DNA of 64,000 bases from Longimicrobiales bacterium (GCA_965249725.1 CBDFMQ010000002.1:2560001-2624000), one strand, 5' to 3'; counted from the stretch's first letter, positions 50,842-61,672 are shown. Numbers and translations are program-made. The notes: a model not told the origin generated them from the letters alone.

Positions 50842-51633
50842 ATGGATCTGGGACTGAAGGGGAAGACCGCCCTCGTTGCCGCATCGAGTAAGGGCCTCGG
50901 CCGCGCCGTGGCCAACGAACTCGCAAGGGAAGGCGCCAAGCTCGTGATTTGCGCGCGCAAGGTCCGGCCTCTGGAGAGGGCTCGGTTGGCAATCTTCAAC
51001 GAGACGGGCGCGGAGGTCGTGGCGGTTCCCGCGGACCTGAGTGAGCCGGCGGACGTCGACCGTGTCGTGGCGGCCGCCAAGGCCGAGTTCGGCCGCATCG
51101 ACATCCTGGTGACCAACACGGGTGGGCCCCCTCCCGGCCCCTTCGAGAGCCACTCTCGAGACACGTGGAGCGAGGCGATACGCCAGAACCTCTACAGCGT
51201 GCTGAACCTCACTCGAGAGGTTCTTCCCGGCATGCGCGATGCGGGTTGGGGGCGGATCATCAACATCACGTCGGTGGCCGTGAAGCAGCCGGTCGACGGA
51301 CTCATCCTGTCGAACGCGGTCCGCGCTGCCGTCACCGGCTTCGCCAAAACCCTCGCCAACGAAGAGGCCCACTTCGGCATCACGGTGAACAACGTCATGC
51401 CGGGGTATACGAAGACCGAACGATTGGAGCAGCTTGCGGCCGATGCCGCCGACCGTTCGGGACTCATGCTCGAAGAGGCTTACGCGCTTTGGGAAAACCA
51501 GATTCCCATGGGGCGGATCGGGACGCCGGCCGAATTCGCGGCGTTGGTGACGTTCCTCGCGTCGGAGCGAGCCAGCTACATCACGGGAACCTCGATTCCA
51601 GTCGACGGAGGAGCCATCAAGTCGCTCCTCTAG
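50842..51633 (+). CDS. SDR family oxidoreductase
   Basis: AASSKGLG, NTGGP, SNAVR, VDGG. Confidence 0.92.
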   Translation: MDLGLKGKTALVAASSKGLGRAVANELAREGAKLVICARKVRPLERARLAIFNETGAEVVAVPADLSEPADVDRVVAAAKAEFGRIDILVTNTGGPPPGPFESHSRDTWSEAIRQNLYSVLNLTREVLPGMRDAGWGRIINITSVAVKQPVDGLILSNAVRAAVTGFAKTLANEEAHFGITVNNVMPGYTKTERLEQLAADAADRSGLMLEEAYALWENQIPMGRIGTPAEFAALVTFLASERASYITGTSIPVDGGAIKSLL

Positions 51634-51703
51634 CGACCGAGGGCACAACGCGAGTCGGGGGTGGTATCAGCGGCGCAATCATCTGTATCAACCGGAGACA
51701 ATC

Positions 51704-52642
51704 ATGTCGGGGACGTTCGTGGAAGCTGAATACATATGGCGGGACGGTGAGGTCATACGATGGGAAGATGCGACGGTCCATCTCCTGAGCACGGCGGTCC
51801 AGTTCGGGACCTCCATGTTCGAGGGCATTCGCTGCTACGACACCCCCAACGGACCGTGTGTCTTCCGGCTGGGTGCGCACATCGAGAGACTCTTCCACTC
51901 CTGCAAGATCTACAGGATGGAGCCAGCGTATTCGCGGCAAGAGATCATCGATGCCTGTCTGACCACGATCGAGCGTAACGGCCTGAAGGACTGCTACATC
52001 CGCCCGATGGTGCTGCGCGGATACGGCTCTACCGGACTGAACCCCTCGGACAGCCCGATCGAGACCTACATCGCCACGTGGCCCTGGGGGGCCTACTTGG
52101 GGGAAGACGCGCTAGAGAAGGGCGTCGACGTCTGCGTGTCGTCGTGGAACCGGCCGGCGCCGAACACATTCCCGGTTCAAGCGAAGGCGGCCGGGCACTA
52201 CAACAACGCCCAGTTGATCAAGATGGAGGCCGTGGCAAACGGATACGCCGAGGGGCTCGTGTTGTCGACCGAGGGTCGTTTGAGCGAGGGTGGCGGGCAG
52301 AACGTATTCCTCGTGAGGGGCGGAACCTTGGTGACGCCCGAACTCGATGGCTCTCTGCTGCGTGGAGTGACGCGCGACGCCGTCATCACCATGGCCGGAG
52401 ACCTGGGCTTCGAGGTGCAGGAACGCCCCGTGCCCCGTGAAGACCTCTACACGGCGGACGAGGTGTTCTTCACGGGCACGGCGACCGAGGTGACTCCCAT
52501 TCGTAGCGTGGACCGCATCGACGTGGGCGAAGGGAAAGCCGGTCCTGTCACGAAGGCCGTCCAGAACCGCTTCCTGGCAGTCGCCAAAGGCGAAGAGGAA
52601 GACCGGCACGGGTGGCTCACACCCGTGTGCAAGGGCAGCTAG
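51704..52642 (+). CDS. ilvE: Branched-chain amino acid aminotransferase
   Basis: FEGIRCY, YIRP, AKAAGHY, GVTR, EVFFTGTATEVTPI. Confidence 0.93.
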   Translation: MSGTFVEAEYIWRDGEVIRWEDATVHLLSTAVQFGTSMFEGIRCYDTPNGPCVFRLGAHIERLFHSCKIYRMEPAYSRQEIIDACLTTIERNGLKDCYIRPMVLRGYGSTGLNPSDSPIETYIATWPWGAYLGEDALEKGVDVCVSSWNRPAPNTFPVQAKAAGHYNNAQLIKMEAVANGYAEGLVLSTEGRLSEGGGQNVFLVRGGTLVTPELDGSLLRGVTRDAVITMAGDLGFEVQERPVPREDLYTADEVFFTGTATEVTPIRSVDRIDVGEGKAGPVTKAVQNRFLAVAKGEEEDRHGWLTPVCKGS

Positions 52643-54384
52643 TTCCCCACCGCCACCGCGTCGACGTTCCTCGGGTCGGCGGCGCCCAGACGGTCACCGT
52701 TCTCCGGATCGATCATGATCGAGTGGGCCAGCCCCTGCCCTCCCCTGAGGGACACCGTGTAGCCGCGCCGTTCCAGATCTGCCAACGTCTCCGCGGAGAC
52801 TCCATCTTGCTCGATCCGGACGTTGTCGGGAAGCCACTGGTGGTGCAGGCGTTTGGCGTTGACCGCCTCCTGGATGTTCATGTCGAACTCCACGACGTTC
52901 AAGATCACCTGCATAACCGTATTGATGATCGTCCGACCACCGGGGCTCCCAACCACGGCGACCAGCTCTCCCGATTTGGCCAGGATGCTGGGAGTCATGC
53001 TCGACAGCATGCGCTGTTCGGGGCGAGCCAAGTTCGGCTCGGTACCGATCAACCCACTGTCGTTGGTGAGCCCCGGTCCGGCGTTGAAGTCACCCATCTC
53101 GTTGTTGAGAAGGAAGCCACCGCCCGGAACGGTGATGGCTGAGCCGTAGCCCGACTCGAGGGTGTAGGTGACGGAAACCGCCATGCCGTCACTGTCTACG
53201 ACGGAGTAGTGCGTCGTCTCCGGACTCTCGTACGGCTCGGTGGCATCGGTCGGCACGGAAACACCCGCTCTGACCGGATCGATATCGGATCGTTGCCGCG
53301 CGGCGTAGTCCTTGTCCGTCAGCCGATGAAGGGGCACGTCGACGAAGTCGACATCGGCCACGAACCGGGCACGGTCACGGTAGGCCCTCCGCATGGCCTC
53401 AACCACGTAGTGGATGTAGTCGGCCGAATTGTGGCCCATGGAGGCGAGGTCGTAGCCCTCGAGGATGTTCAGCATCTCCACCATCGCGATCCCGCCGCTG
53501 GAGGGCGGAGGCATGGAGATGACGTCGTAGCCCCGATACGTGCCTTTGATGGGCGTGCGCTCCTTGGCCTGGTACCGCGAGAGATCTTCCAGCGTGATGA
53601 TCCCCCCGCCTCTCTCCATCTCCGCCACGAGCAGGCGGGCCGTCTCACCCTTGTAGAAGCCGTCGCGGCCGTCGGCGGCGATGCGGTCCATGGTCCGGGC
53701 CAGGTCCGTCTGCACGAGCCGATAGCCGGCATCCAGCGGACGACCGTCCATCGAGAACGAGGCGACGGTGCCCTCGTACGCAGCGCCCCGCCCCTCGACG
53801 AGGCGCTGAAGGCCTCGCGCGAGTCGGTCCGTGATTTCGAAGCCGTCCCGAGCCAGAGCAGTCGCCGGGTTCACCAGACGACGCCACTCCTCGCTTCCGT
53901 AGAGGCGATGCGCCTTCCAGAACCCGGCCACGGTTCCCGGCACCCCTACGGCCATGTGGCCGTTGTGGTGCTTCGTGCGTGAGTACTCCCCTGATTGGTC
54001 GAGCCACATGTCGGGGTGTGCAGCCAGCGGAGCCTTCTCACGGAAGTCGATCGCCGTCGCGCCCCCGTCGGGAAAACGAATGACCATGAAGCCGCCACCG
54101 CCGATGTTGCCGGCGGACGGATGGGTCACCGCCAACGCGAAGCCCGTAGCGATGGCCGCGTCCACGGCGTTCCCGCCCGCGGCCAGGACATCGGCACCCG
54201 CCTTGCTGGCATGCACGCTCCCGGAGACCACCAAGCCATGGGGCGCACGAACCGGCCGTATCGTGTCGGTCTGTAGCGCTGCAGGTGCCGATGTGGAGAG
54301 CGGCTGAACGGCGACGAGTCCGGTCGTGCCCAACCACAAGACCGTCAGCGTGGCGAAGGCGAAGAAGCGACGACGGTCGATCAT
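52639..54384 (-). CDS. ggt: Gamma-glutamyltransferase
   Basis: GGNAVDAA, DFRE, ETTHYS autocleavage site, NNEMGDF, SSMTP, GSPGG; DRRRFF Tat-like signal. Confidence 0.95.
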   Translation of the reverse strand: MIDRRRFFAFATLTVLWLGTTGLVAVQPLSTSAPAALQTDTIRPVRAPHGLVVSGSVHASKAGADVLAAGGNAVDAAIATGFALAVTHPSAGNIGGGGFMVIRFPDGGATAIDFREKAPLAAHPDMWLDQSGEYSRTKHHNGHMAVGVPGTVAGFWKAHRLYGSEEWRRLVNPATALARDGFEITDRLARGLQRLVEGRGAAYEGTVASFSMDGRPLDAGYRLVQTDLARTMDRIAADGRDGFYKGETARLLVAEMERGGGIITLEDLSRYQAKERTPIKGTYRGYDVISMPPPSSGGIAMVEMLNILEGYDLASMGHNSADYIHYVVEAMRRAYRDRARFVADVDFVDVPLHRLTDKDYAARQRSDIDPVRAGVSVPTDATEPYESPETTHYSVVDSDGMAVSVTYTLESGYGSAITVPGGGFLLNNEMGDFNAGPGLTNDSGLIGTEPNLARPEQRMLSSMTPSILAKSGELVAVVGSPGGRTIINTVMQVILNVVEFDMNIQEAVNAKRLHHQWLPDNVRIEQDGVSAETLADLERRGYTVSLRGGQGLAHSIMIDPENGDRLGAADPRNVDAVAVGN

Positions 54385-54431
54385 GCGGCTCTCCCTACTC
54401 TTGATTCAGATTTCGGATGCGTGATGGTAAC

Positions 54432-54866
54432 TCAAGCCTCTGAGTTTCGGTCGTAGTCGACGATGTTCTCCCACTCGCTGGCGTCCGAGCGTGCCACAAC
54501 GGCCACGACCGGCTCCGTATCGCTCATGTTGAACACCTCGTGTGGAACGTCGGGCTCGATGAAGATGAAGTCGCCCGCCTTGTTCTCCAACACGTGCTTC
54601 AGGCCCGGCCCGTACTCGTGGCGCACGTTCCCCTCGAGGATGTACAGCATGAGCTCGAAGCCGACATGGATGTGAGCATACGCGACTCCGCCCGGCGGAA
54701 TCGTCGCCACGTTCATGGAGAGCTTGCTGGACCCCACGTTCTTGGCGGAGAGGCCCGCCTTGTATCGGATGTTGTTCCAGCCACGGAAGGTACCGCTGCC
54801 ACGGATGGTGGAGATGCCCTCACCTCCTTCGACCATCGCGGCGAGATCTTGGGTGTCTTCAGACAT
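54432..54866 (-). CDS. Cupin domain protein (RmlC-like)
   Basis: AHIHVGFE...IEPDVPH. Confidence 0.88.
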   Translation of the reverse strand: MSEDTQDLAAMVEGGEGISTIRGSGTFRGWNNIRYKAGLSAKNVGSSKLSMNVATIPPGGVAYAHIHVGFELMLYILEGNVRHEYGPGLKHVLENKAGDFIFIEPDVPHEVFNMSDTEPVVAVVARSDASEWENIVDYDRNSEA

Positions 54867-54883
54867 TCGGTTTACGCCCCTGA

Positions 54884-55585
54884 TTACAGTTCCTTTTTGA
54901 ACAGATCGGCCAGGGCGGGTCCCACACCTTCATCCTCGTGCTTAAAGAACACGAAGGCATCGTCCCAGCCCTGGTCCTTGAAGACTTCGGCCCAGCGCGT
55001 CAACTCACCCGGCTCGTACGCCTCTTTGCGAAGTCGAGCATATCCGTACGAGGCGGTTGCGACCACCGGCGGGTCGTTTTCGCCACCGGTGTCGGCCGCT
55101 ACCAGAGCAGCGTTCACCCCCCGCAGCACCTCGTAGACCTCTTCGTCGAACCAGGTCGGGTTCCGGAACTCGAACGCCGCACGAAACCCCTCCGGAAAGA
55201 GCGACACGAACCCTCGTAGGCGCTCCACGTCGACTTTCAGATTGGGGGGGAGTTGGAAGAGGATCGGCCCTCGTCGACCCCCGAGCTCATCCGAGACGTC
55301 GAGGAGGTAGGCGAGTTCGTCCGCGGCCTCGGGTTTGAGCCTCTTGAAGTGAGTGATCTTGCGGGAAGCCTTGAGTACGAACGCGAAATCGTCGGGCACC
55401 TTTCCACACCAGTCGGTGAGCACCTTTGGGGAGGGCATGCGATAAAACGTGTTGTTGTTCTCCACGGCGTTGAGTCGTTCGCCGTAGTACGAGAGCATCT
55501 GGTCGTTCTTCAGATCCTCCGGGTAGAAGCTCCCCTTCCACTCCTTGTAGGAGAAGCCGCTGGTGCCCACCCAAAACCGAGGCAC
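54884..55585 (-). CDS. DUF72 family protein
   Basis: VGTSGFSY, NNTFY, KASRKITH, LFQLPP, EFR, FFKHE; GTG start overlaps upstream TAG. Confidence 0.92.
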   Translation of the reverse strand: MPRFWVGTSGFSYKEWKGSFYPEDLKNDQMLSYYGERLNAVENNNTFYRMPSPKVLTDWCGKVPDDFAFVLKASRKITHFKRLKPEAADELAYLLDVSDELGGRRGPILFQLPPNLKVDVERLRGFVSLFPEGFRAAFEFRNPTWFDEEVYEVLRGVNAALVAADTGGENDPPVVATASYGYARLRKEAYEPGELTRWAEVFKDQGWDDAFVFFKHEDEGVGPALADLFKKEL

Positions 55586-56505
55586 TAGAGCAGATACCCG
55601 CCGTCTATGGGGATCACGGCCCCCGTGATGTGTCTGGCGGCTTCTGAACACAGGAAGAGAACCACGCTTGATACGTCCTGGGGATCGCCCAGCCTGCCCA
55701 GCACGCTCCGCTCTCGTGCCCGATCGAGGATCTCGGCGGGCACACCGGCCGTGAGTCGGGTCGTGCGGATATATCCCGGAGCGACCGCGTTCACGTTGAT
55801 GTTCTTCGGACCGAGCTCGACGGCCGCGCTTCGGGTGAAGCCCATGATGCCGGCCTTGGACGCCGCGTAGTTGGCGATCCCGAATTCACTCTGAAGCCCA
55901 TGCACCGAAGTGATGTTGACGATCTTGCCCCACTCCTGAGCCCGCAGATAGGGCGCCACCGCCCGGGTCATTTGGAAGACCCCGGTGAGGTTGGTGTCCA
56001 GGACGGTGGACCACTCGTCGTCGTCCATGCGCCAGAGGGCCCGGTCACGGCCGACTCCCGCGTTGTTCACCAGGACGTGGACCCCGCCGAGATGCTCGAC
56101 GGACGTCGCCACGAAGTCGCTGACTTGGTCCGGATCTCTTACATCGGCCGACTGACAGTGGACCCGCACCCCAATCTCCTGCAGAGCGGTTGTGGTCTCC
56201 CGGGCCTCGTCCCTGGACTCCTCGCCTGTGTCCAGAAAGCAGAACGCCACATGGGTGCCGGCCCGGGCCAAATCCATGACGATGGCCCGACCGATTCCGG
56301 CCGACCCTCCGCTGACCAGTGCCACCTTGCCCCTGAGACCCTCGAGGTTGAGCAGTGGCAGAGGTTGGGTTCGGATGCCCACCTCGTCCAGCAACTGCTC
56401 CACGACGTCCTCCAACGCCGGCGGCTCCGCCGTGCCGATCTGTTCCTGCTCAGACGGGTCGCCGCCCAGCGCCGAAGCGGTCCTGTCGGGTTCTTGGTCA
56501 GACAT
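55585..56505 (-). CDS. FabG-like SDR (3-oxoacyl-ACP/acetoacetyl-CoA reductase family)
   Basis: SGGSAGIG, NNAG, NYAASKAG, NAVAPG. Confidence 0.9.
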   Translation of the reverse strand: MSDQEPDRTASALGGDPSEQEQIGTAEPPALEDVVEQLLDEVGIRTQPLPLLNLEGLRGKVALVSGGSAGIGRAIVMDLARAGTHVAFCFLDTGEESRDEARETTTALQEIGVRVHCQSADVRDPDQVSDFVATSVEHLGGVHVLVNNAGVGRDRALWRMDDDEWSTVLDTNLTGVFQMTRAVAPYLRAQEWGKIVNITSVHGLQSEFGIANYAASKAGIMGFTRSAAVELGPKNINVNAVAPGYIRTTRLTAGVPAEILDRARERSVLGRLGDPQDVSSVVLFLCSEAARHITGAVIPIDGGYLL

Positions 56506-56582
56506 GGGGATCGGATGTTAGGGCAATAACATATGTTATTGTCGATGTTAGGGATCGGACCCCGCCTTCCGCAACGGATGGG

Positions 56583-58322
56583 TCAGCGGGCGGACGGCAG
56601 CCTGATTCTGACGGTGGTTCCCGAGCCGAGTTCGCTCTCGGCCTCAACGGTACCGTCCATCGCGGAGACGAGGTGCCTCACGATGGCGAGTCCAAGACCC
56701 GTGCCGCCTTCGGCGCGGGATCGGGCCGCATCGACCCTATAGAAGCGCTCGAAGATCCGGGGAAGATCGGCGGCGGGAATACCGGCCCCATCGTCCGCGA
56801 CCTCCACTGCCACGGTCTCCCCGTCGGGGACGATGCGTACCCAGACGGTCCCACCCTGATCGACGTACCTGAGGGCATTGTGGAAGAGGTTCGTGAGAAT
56901 CTGAGTGAGACCCGAAGGGTCGGCCCGAACGGAGCCGTGGCCCTCCACCATATACCGAACGTCTTTCTCCCGCGCCTTGTGATCGAGGGTCGCCCACACC
57001 GAATCGGCCACCGAGCCCACGTCGATCTCCTCGAGGTGCGCCTGCCAAGCCCCCGAGTCCAGTCGCGATAGATCCAACAGGTCATCCACGACGCGCTGAA
57101 GCCGGAGCGAGCTCGAGTGAATCATGCGAAGAAAGTCCTGTCGGAGAGGCTCCGGAGGATCGTCTTCGATGAGCGTCTCGGCGAAGCCCCGCATGGTGGT
57201 CAGCGGTGTCTTGAGTTCGTGCGAGGCGTTCGCCACGAAGTCCTGCCGAATCGTCTCTAGCTTCCGACTCTCCGTGACGTCCAGGAAGGTGACCACGGAT
57301 CCACCTTGATCGAGCGGCCGGGTCGAGACCATCAGGGTCCGATCGCGCAGGGGTACTTCCTTGGCCTTAAACCCCTCAGCGACAGAACTCTCGAAGATTT
57401 CGAGGAGCGGCGGGTGGCTGATCAGAGTGCCAATGGGGGCGAGAGGCGGAGGCCCGGCAATCCGCAGCAACGCCCGGGCGGCCCGGTTGATCCAGATCAC
57501 GCGCGCGTCCTCGGTCAACGCCACGACCCCTTCGGCCATGCAGTCGATGAGCGCCTCCATTTCGTCGCGCTCGTGGCCCAACTCCGAGAGTCGGCTCTGG
57601 AGTTCGTCGGACAGCCGGTTGAACGCGGCGTACAGCTCACGGAGCTCGGCCACGGGGGCGTCCACCGGTGCGCGCTGTTCGAAGTCCCCCGCGGCCAACG
57701 CACCGGCTCGTTCGGCCAACACCACCAAGGGGCGGGCCAGCATCCGACTAACGAGGTAGGCCACCACTAACGTCAGCAGCATTCCGAAGATCCCTGCGAC
57801 CGCTACCGTGCGCTGGCCCCGCCGTACGGCCTGATCGATGTCGTCCAATGGAGCGGCGATCCGGAGAACGACGTCCCGGTCCCCGAGAACAGCGGTCTGC
57901 GCACCGTAGAGAAAACGCCGCCCAACGGTGGCGCTCCGGCGCTCGGCGAAGCCCGTGACGCCCGACAGGGCGTCCAGCACTTCGGGTCGGTCGGCGTGGG
58001 TCTCGACGCCAGCCAGGTCTTGCTCCAGGACCTCCGAATCCCCCAGTACCTCACCGGCAAGGGCGATCAGCGTCACCCGATACTGAATGAGCTCGGCGAT
58101 GCGGCCGGCAAGGGCGTCCGGGGAGTCCCCGACGTCATCCGCGAGAATCGACGCGGCGAGATTCAGCTCGCGAGCTAGGGCCGCCTCATACTGGGAATTC
58201 AGCTCGCTACGCAGGCCCCTGGCCAACAACACGACCGCGAGCGCGACGACGAGGACGACGACTGCGAGGAAGCCGAAGAAGATCGGCTGGTGGGTCTTGA
58301 ACCGGGCTCCCTTCGCGCTCAC
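56583..58322 (-). CDS. phoR: PhoR-like sensor histidine kinase (HAMP-PAS-HisKA-HATPase)
   Basis: DFVANASHELKTPLT, RIFERFYRVD..RSR..GGTGLGL; two TM helices. Confidence 0.8.
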   Translation of the reverse strand: MSAKGARFKTHQPIFFGFLAVVVLVVALAVVLLARGLRSELNSQYEAALARELNLAASILADDVGDSPDALAGRIAELIQYRVTLIALAGEVLGDSEVLEQDLAGVETHADRPEVLDALSGVTGFAERRSATVGRRFLYGAQTAVLGDRDVVLRIAAPLDDIDQAVRRGQRTVAVAGIFGMLLTLVVAYLVSRMLARPLVVLAERAGALAAGDFEQRAPVDAPVAELRELYAAFNRLSDELQSRLSELGHERDEMEALIDCMAEGVVALTEDARVIWINRAARALLRIAGPPPLAPIGTLISHPPLLEIFESSVAEGFKAKEVPLRDRTLMVSTRPLDQGGSVVTFLDVTESRKLETIRQDFVANASHELKTPLTTMRGFAETLIEDDPPEPLRQDFLRMIHSSSLRLQRVVDDLLDLSRLDSGAWQAHLEEIDVGSVADSVWATLDHKAREKDVRYMVEGHGSVRADPSGLTQILTNLFHNALRYVDQGGTVWVRIVPDGETVAVEVADDGAGIPAADLPRIFERFYRVDAARSRAEGGTGLGLAIVRHLVSAMDGTVEAESELGSGTTVRIRLPSAR

Positions 58323-59041
58323 TCGTCAACCTCGGGGGGCCGCAAGCGATACCCGAAGCCCCGCGCCGTCTCGATCCAGTCGCCCATAGTCCCCAGCTTC
58401 CCTCTCAGACGTTTGACGTACATGTCCACGGTACGCGTTTGAAGCCGCTCCGAGACGGACGACTCCACGTCCCACGCCCGCTCGAGGAGCTGCTGCCGGC
58501 TCTGTGTCTGGCCAGGGCGATCCACCAGGGCCTGCAGGAGTCGGAATTCCGTGCGGGTGAGGGTGAGTTCCTCACCCTCCAGGGTGACCGTGTGGGCCGT
58601 CAGGTCGATGATCAGAGGACCGGCGGAGATGGTTCGCCGTCCCTCCACGGTGCCAGCCGATCGACGGAGGATCGCCTGAACCCTCAGGACCAACTCTCTC
58701 GGGCTGAACGGCTTGGTGAGGTAGTCGTCGGCTCCGAGCTCGAGCCCGGCGATGCGGTCCTCTTCCTCGCGGCGGGCCGTGAGCAGAAGCACGGGAACCG
58801 ACCGCGTGGCCTTGTTGCTTCGAAGCTGACTCAAGACTTCATCTCCCGAGATTCCCGGGAGCATCCGGTCCAAAACGACGAGGTCGGGGACTTCCTTCTC
58901 GACCGCCCGAAGCGCCGCGGAGCCCTCAAGGGTCGTCTCGACATGGTATCCGGCCCGGGTGAGCTGGTACGCCACGAGCGCCGCGATGTCCGGCTCGTCC
59001 TCGACCACCAGAATCCGCTGGGACTGTGCCACGTCGGACAA
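58319..59041 (-). CDS. phoB: PhoB-like OmpR-family response regulator
   Basis: VVEDE, LDRMLP, KPFSPREL, RTVD...RLR.KL, ETARGFGY. Confidence 0.8.
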   Translation of the reverse strand: MSDVAQSQRILVVEDEPDIAALVAYQLTRAGYHVETTLEGSAALRAVEKEVPDLVVLDRMLPGISGDEVLSQLRSNKATRSVPVLLLTARREEEDRIAGLELGADDYLTKPFSPRELVLRVQAILRRSAGTVEGRRTISAGPLIIDLTAHTVTLEGEELTLTRTEFRLLQALVDRPGQTQSRQQLLERAWDVESSVSERLQTRTVDMYVKRLRGKLGTMGDWIETARGFGYRLRPPEVDE

Positions 59042-59051
59042 GGATTGCCTC

Positions 59052-60287
59052 TCAGCTTCCCTTCAGAAGCGCCAGGACCTCGCCTTCGCTCAGTGTATGG
59101 TCCGTGGCCTTCGCGGCCTCGAACAACGTGCGGCACGCGCCCTCGTCGTCCTGGTCATACCCGTGGGCGGCCAACCAGGCCTTCACATTCGAGAGCCCTG
59201 ACATGGGGCCGATCTCGATCTCCTGAGCCCTACCCACCATCGAAGCCGGCACGCCCGAGTAGATGCGGTCGGCGAGCCACGCGTCCCCTTTGGCTGCAGC
59301 CTTCACGATAGCGGCTGCGTGTACTCCAGTACCTGTGCGGAACGCATCGCGGCCTACGACCGGATAGCTGCTCGTAAGGGGCACCTGGCAGGCATCCGCG
59401 GCGGTGCTGCAGTATTCGGGCAAGCGTGTGAGATCGGCGTCGTGAAGGCCGAGCAGCTTCAGGTTCACCAGCAGTAGGTCCATCTCCACGTTGCCGACAC
59501 GCTCTCCGATTCCGAGGGCGGTACCGTGAATCCGGGTGGCGCCGGCCTCGATCGCGGCGAGGGCATTCGCCAGGCCCAATCCGCGGTCACGGTGTCCATG
59601 CCAATCCACCCCGACATCCTCACCGGACGGGTCGACGATCTCTTCGATCACGAAGCGAACCAGGGCCCGCACGCCTGTAGGGGTCGCGTGCCCAACCGTG
59701 TCCGCCAGGCAGATTCGGCGGGCGCCCCACTCGATCGCGTGGGAATAGAGCGCCCTGAGCGTGTCGGGCCTCGCCCGCACGGTGTCCTCTGTCACGAACA
59801 TCACCGGCAGGCCCTCCGAAACGGCGAACGTCACCGCCTCCTCGGAAACGCTGAGCATCTTCTCGAGGGTCCAGTCCTCGGCGTACTGTCTTATCGGTGA
59901 ACTCCCGATGAAGGTGCAGACCTCGATCGAGAGGCCGCAGGCTTGAGAGATCTCGGCGATGGGTCGTATGTCGGCCACGACGGTTCTCGCCGCGCAATTG
60001 GCCTCGATCGACAGGCCCGCCTCTACGATCTCCGCGGCGAGGGCTTGGACGGCCTCGACGGCTCGCGGCCCGGCGCCAGGAAGGCCGATATCCGCCGTGT
60101 GGATCCCCAGCTCGTCCATCAGGTGGAGGAGCCGGATCTTGGCTTCGATGGGTGGATCTACGACGGAGGGATTCTGGAGACCGTCCCGCAGGGTCTCGTC
60201 ATCCAGTTCGATGTGGGACACGGAACTCCAGTCGAACGCATCGGGGTCGGCCGAGTTCCAGTCGTGAATGAGGTCCTGCTCGTCCAT
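59052..60287 (-). CDS. LeuA/homocitrate synthase family DRE-TIM metallolyase without regulatory domain
   Basis: DETLRDGLQ, LADTVG, WHGHRDRG, GIGERVGN, TGVHA. Confidence 0.88.
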   Translation of the reverse strand: MDEQDLIHDWNSADPDAFDWSSVSHIELDDETLRDGLQNPSVVDPPIEAKIRLLHLMDELGIHTADIGLPGAGPRAVEAVQALAAEIVEAGLSIEANCAARTVVADIRPIAEISQACGLSIEVCTFIGSSPIRQYAEDWTLEKMLSVSEEAVTFAVSEGLPVMFVTEDTVRARPDTLRALYSHAIEWGARRICLADTVGHATPTGVRALVRFVIEEIVDPSGEDVGVDWHGHRDRGLGLANALAAIEAGATRIHGTALGIGERVGNVEMDLLLVNLKLLGLHDADLTRLPEYCSTAADACQVPLTSSYPVVGRDAFRTGTGVHAAAIVKAAAKGDAWLADRIYSGVPASMVGRAQEIEIGPMSGLSNVKAWLAAHGYDQDDEGACRTLFEAAKATDHTLSEGEVLALLKGS

Positions 60288-60457
60288 GGCCACGTTGGTT
60301 GAATTGCCCGTCCTGACCCCCCCGGGGCGAATCAGGGGCATCCACCCAAGATAGCCGGCGGCGTAGGAATCCTACAGGTAGCCCACGGCCTTCGGAGCCC
60401 GGTGCGAGCGGGCCGTCACCGTTTGACGCGCTCCCGACCGCCGCAGAGCTTGGCATC

Positions 60458-61669
60458 ATGTCCCACTCCACCCAGCCCGATGTGATCGTGCTTCAAGACG
60501 ATCCGGGTATTCGAGCCGCCCGCGATCACATCCTGGCGACGGACGACCGTACGCTCCGAGACCAGGCGGCACTCACGGAGATCCCATCCCCCACGTTCGG
60601 AGAGGAGGCACGCGGGCTGCGCATGGCGGAGCTCCTCGAAGAGGCAGGGCTGCCGACCGTCAGCGTGGACCAGGTCGGCAACGTGATTGGGGTTCGGCCG
60701 GGACTGGAGACTGGGAATCCGGTCGTGCTGGCGGCCCACCTGGACACCGTGTTTCCGGCGGGAACCGATCTCACGGTGCGTGAGGAGGACGGTGTACTCC
60801 GCGCTCCGGGCATCTCCGACGACGGGCGGGGCCTGGCGGCCCTCCTCGCCGTGGCGAGGGCCCTCTGCCAGACCGAAATCTCGACTCGTCGGCCCCTACT
60901 CTTCGTGGGAACGGTGGGCGAGGAGGGGAACGGCGACCTGAGGGGTGTGCGGCACATCTTCCGCGAGGGGGGGCCGGCCCACGACGCCAGCGCCTTCATC
61001 TCGCTCGATGGAGCGGGTACCCGGACCATCGTACACCGGGGACTCGGGGCTCGGCGCTTCCGCATCGCGCTTCGAGGCCGAGGCGGGCACTCCTGGACCG
61101 ACTGGGGCACCCCGAACCCGATTCACGCCCTTGGACGGGCCATCGGAGCTCTAGCGGCCTGGCCGCCACCGACCCAGCCCACCCTGAGCCTCACCGTCTC
61201 GCGATTCGGCGGCGGGACCAGCGTGAATACGATCCCCGTCGAGGCGTGGGCGGAGCTGGACGTGCGCAGTGAGTCGGACCAGCACCTCGAGGTGGCCGAG
61301 GAGAGAATTCGAGCAGCCGTGGACCGATCCGTGGGCGAGGAGAACGCGGGATCCACAGACGATTCACACCACCTCGACGTGCAGATCACCATGATCGGCC
61401 TTCGACCTGCCGGCGCGACGGCCACGGAGTCTCCCCTCGTGGAGGCGGCGATCGCGGCGACGCGGGCCCTCGACGTGGAGCCGAAGCTGATGGCCTCGTC
61501 GACGGACGCCAACCTGCCGATGTCTCTCGGGATTCCCGCCATCACCTTGGGCGGAGGCGGACGCTCCGGCGGAGCCCACACGCTCGAGGAGTGGTACGAG
61601 AATACCGGAGGGCCCCAGGGCGTGTGCCGAGCGCTCTATACGGCGCTCCTCGTGTCGGGGGTCGGCTGA
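60458..61669 (+). CDS. M20/M25/M40 family metallopeptidase
   Basis: AHLDTV, PGISDD, GEEG, GGHSW, STDAN, AHTLEE. Confidence 0.9.
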   Translation: MSHSTQPDVIVLQDDPGIRAARDHILATDDRTLRDQAALTEIPSPTFGEEARGLRMAELLEEAGLPTVSVDQVGNVIGVRPGLETGNPVVLAAHLDTVFPAGTDLTVREEDGVLRAPGISDDGRGLAALLAVARALCQTEISTRRPLLFVGTVGEEGNGDLRGVRHIFREGGPAHDASAFISLDGAGTRTIVHRGLGARRFRIALRGRGGHSWTDWGTPNPIHALGRAIGALAAWPPPTQPTLSLTVSRFGGGTSVNTIPVEAWAELDVRSESDQHLEVAEERIRAAVDRSVGEENAGSTDDSHHLDVQITMIGLRPAGATATESPLVEAAIAATRALDVEPKLMASSTDANLPMSLGIPAITLGGGGRSGGAHTLEEWYENTGGPQGVCRALYTALLVSGVG

Positions 61670-61672
61670 CCG

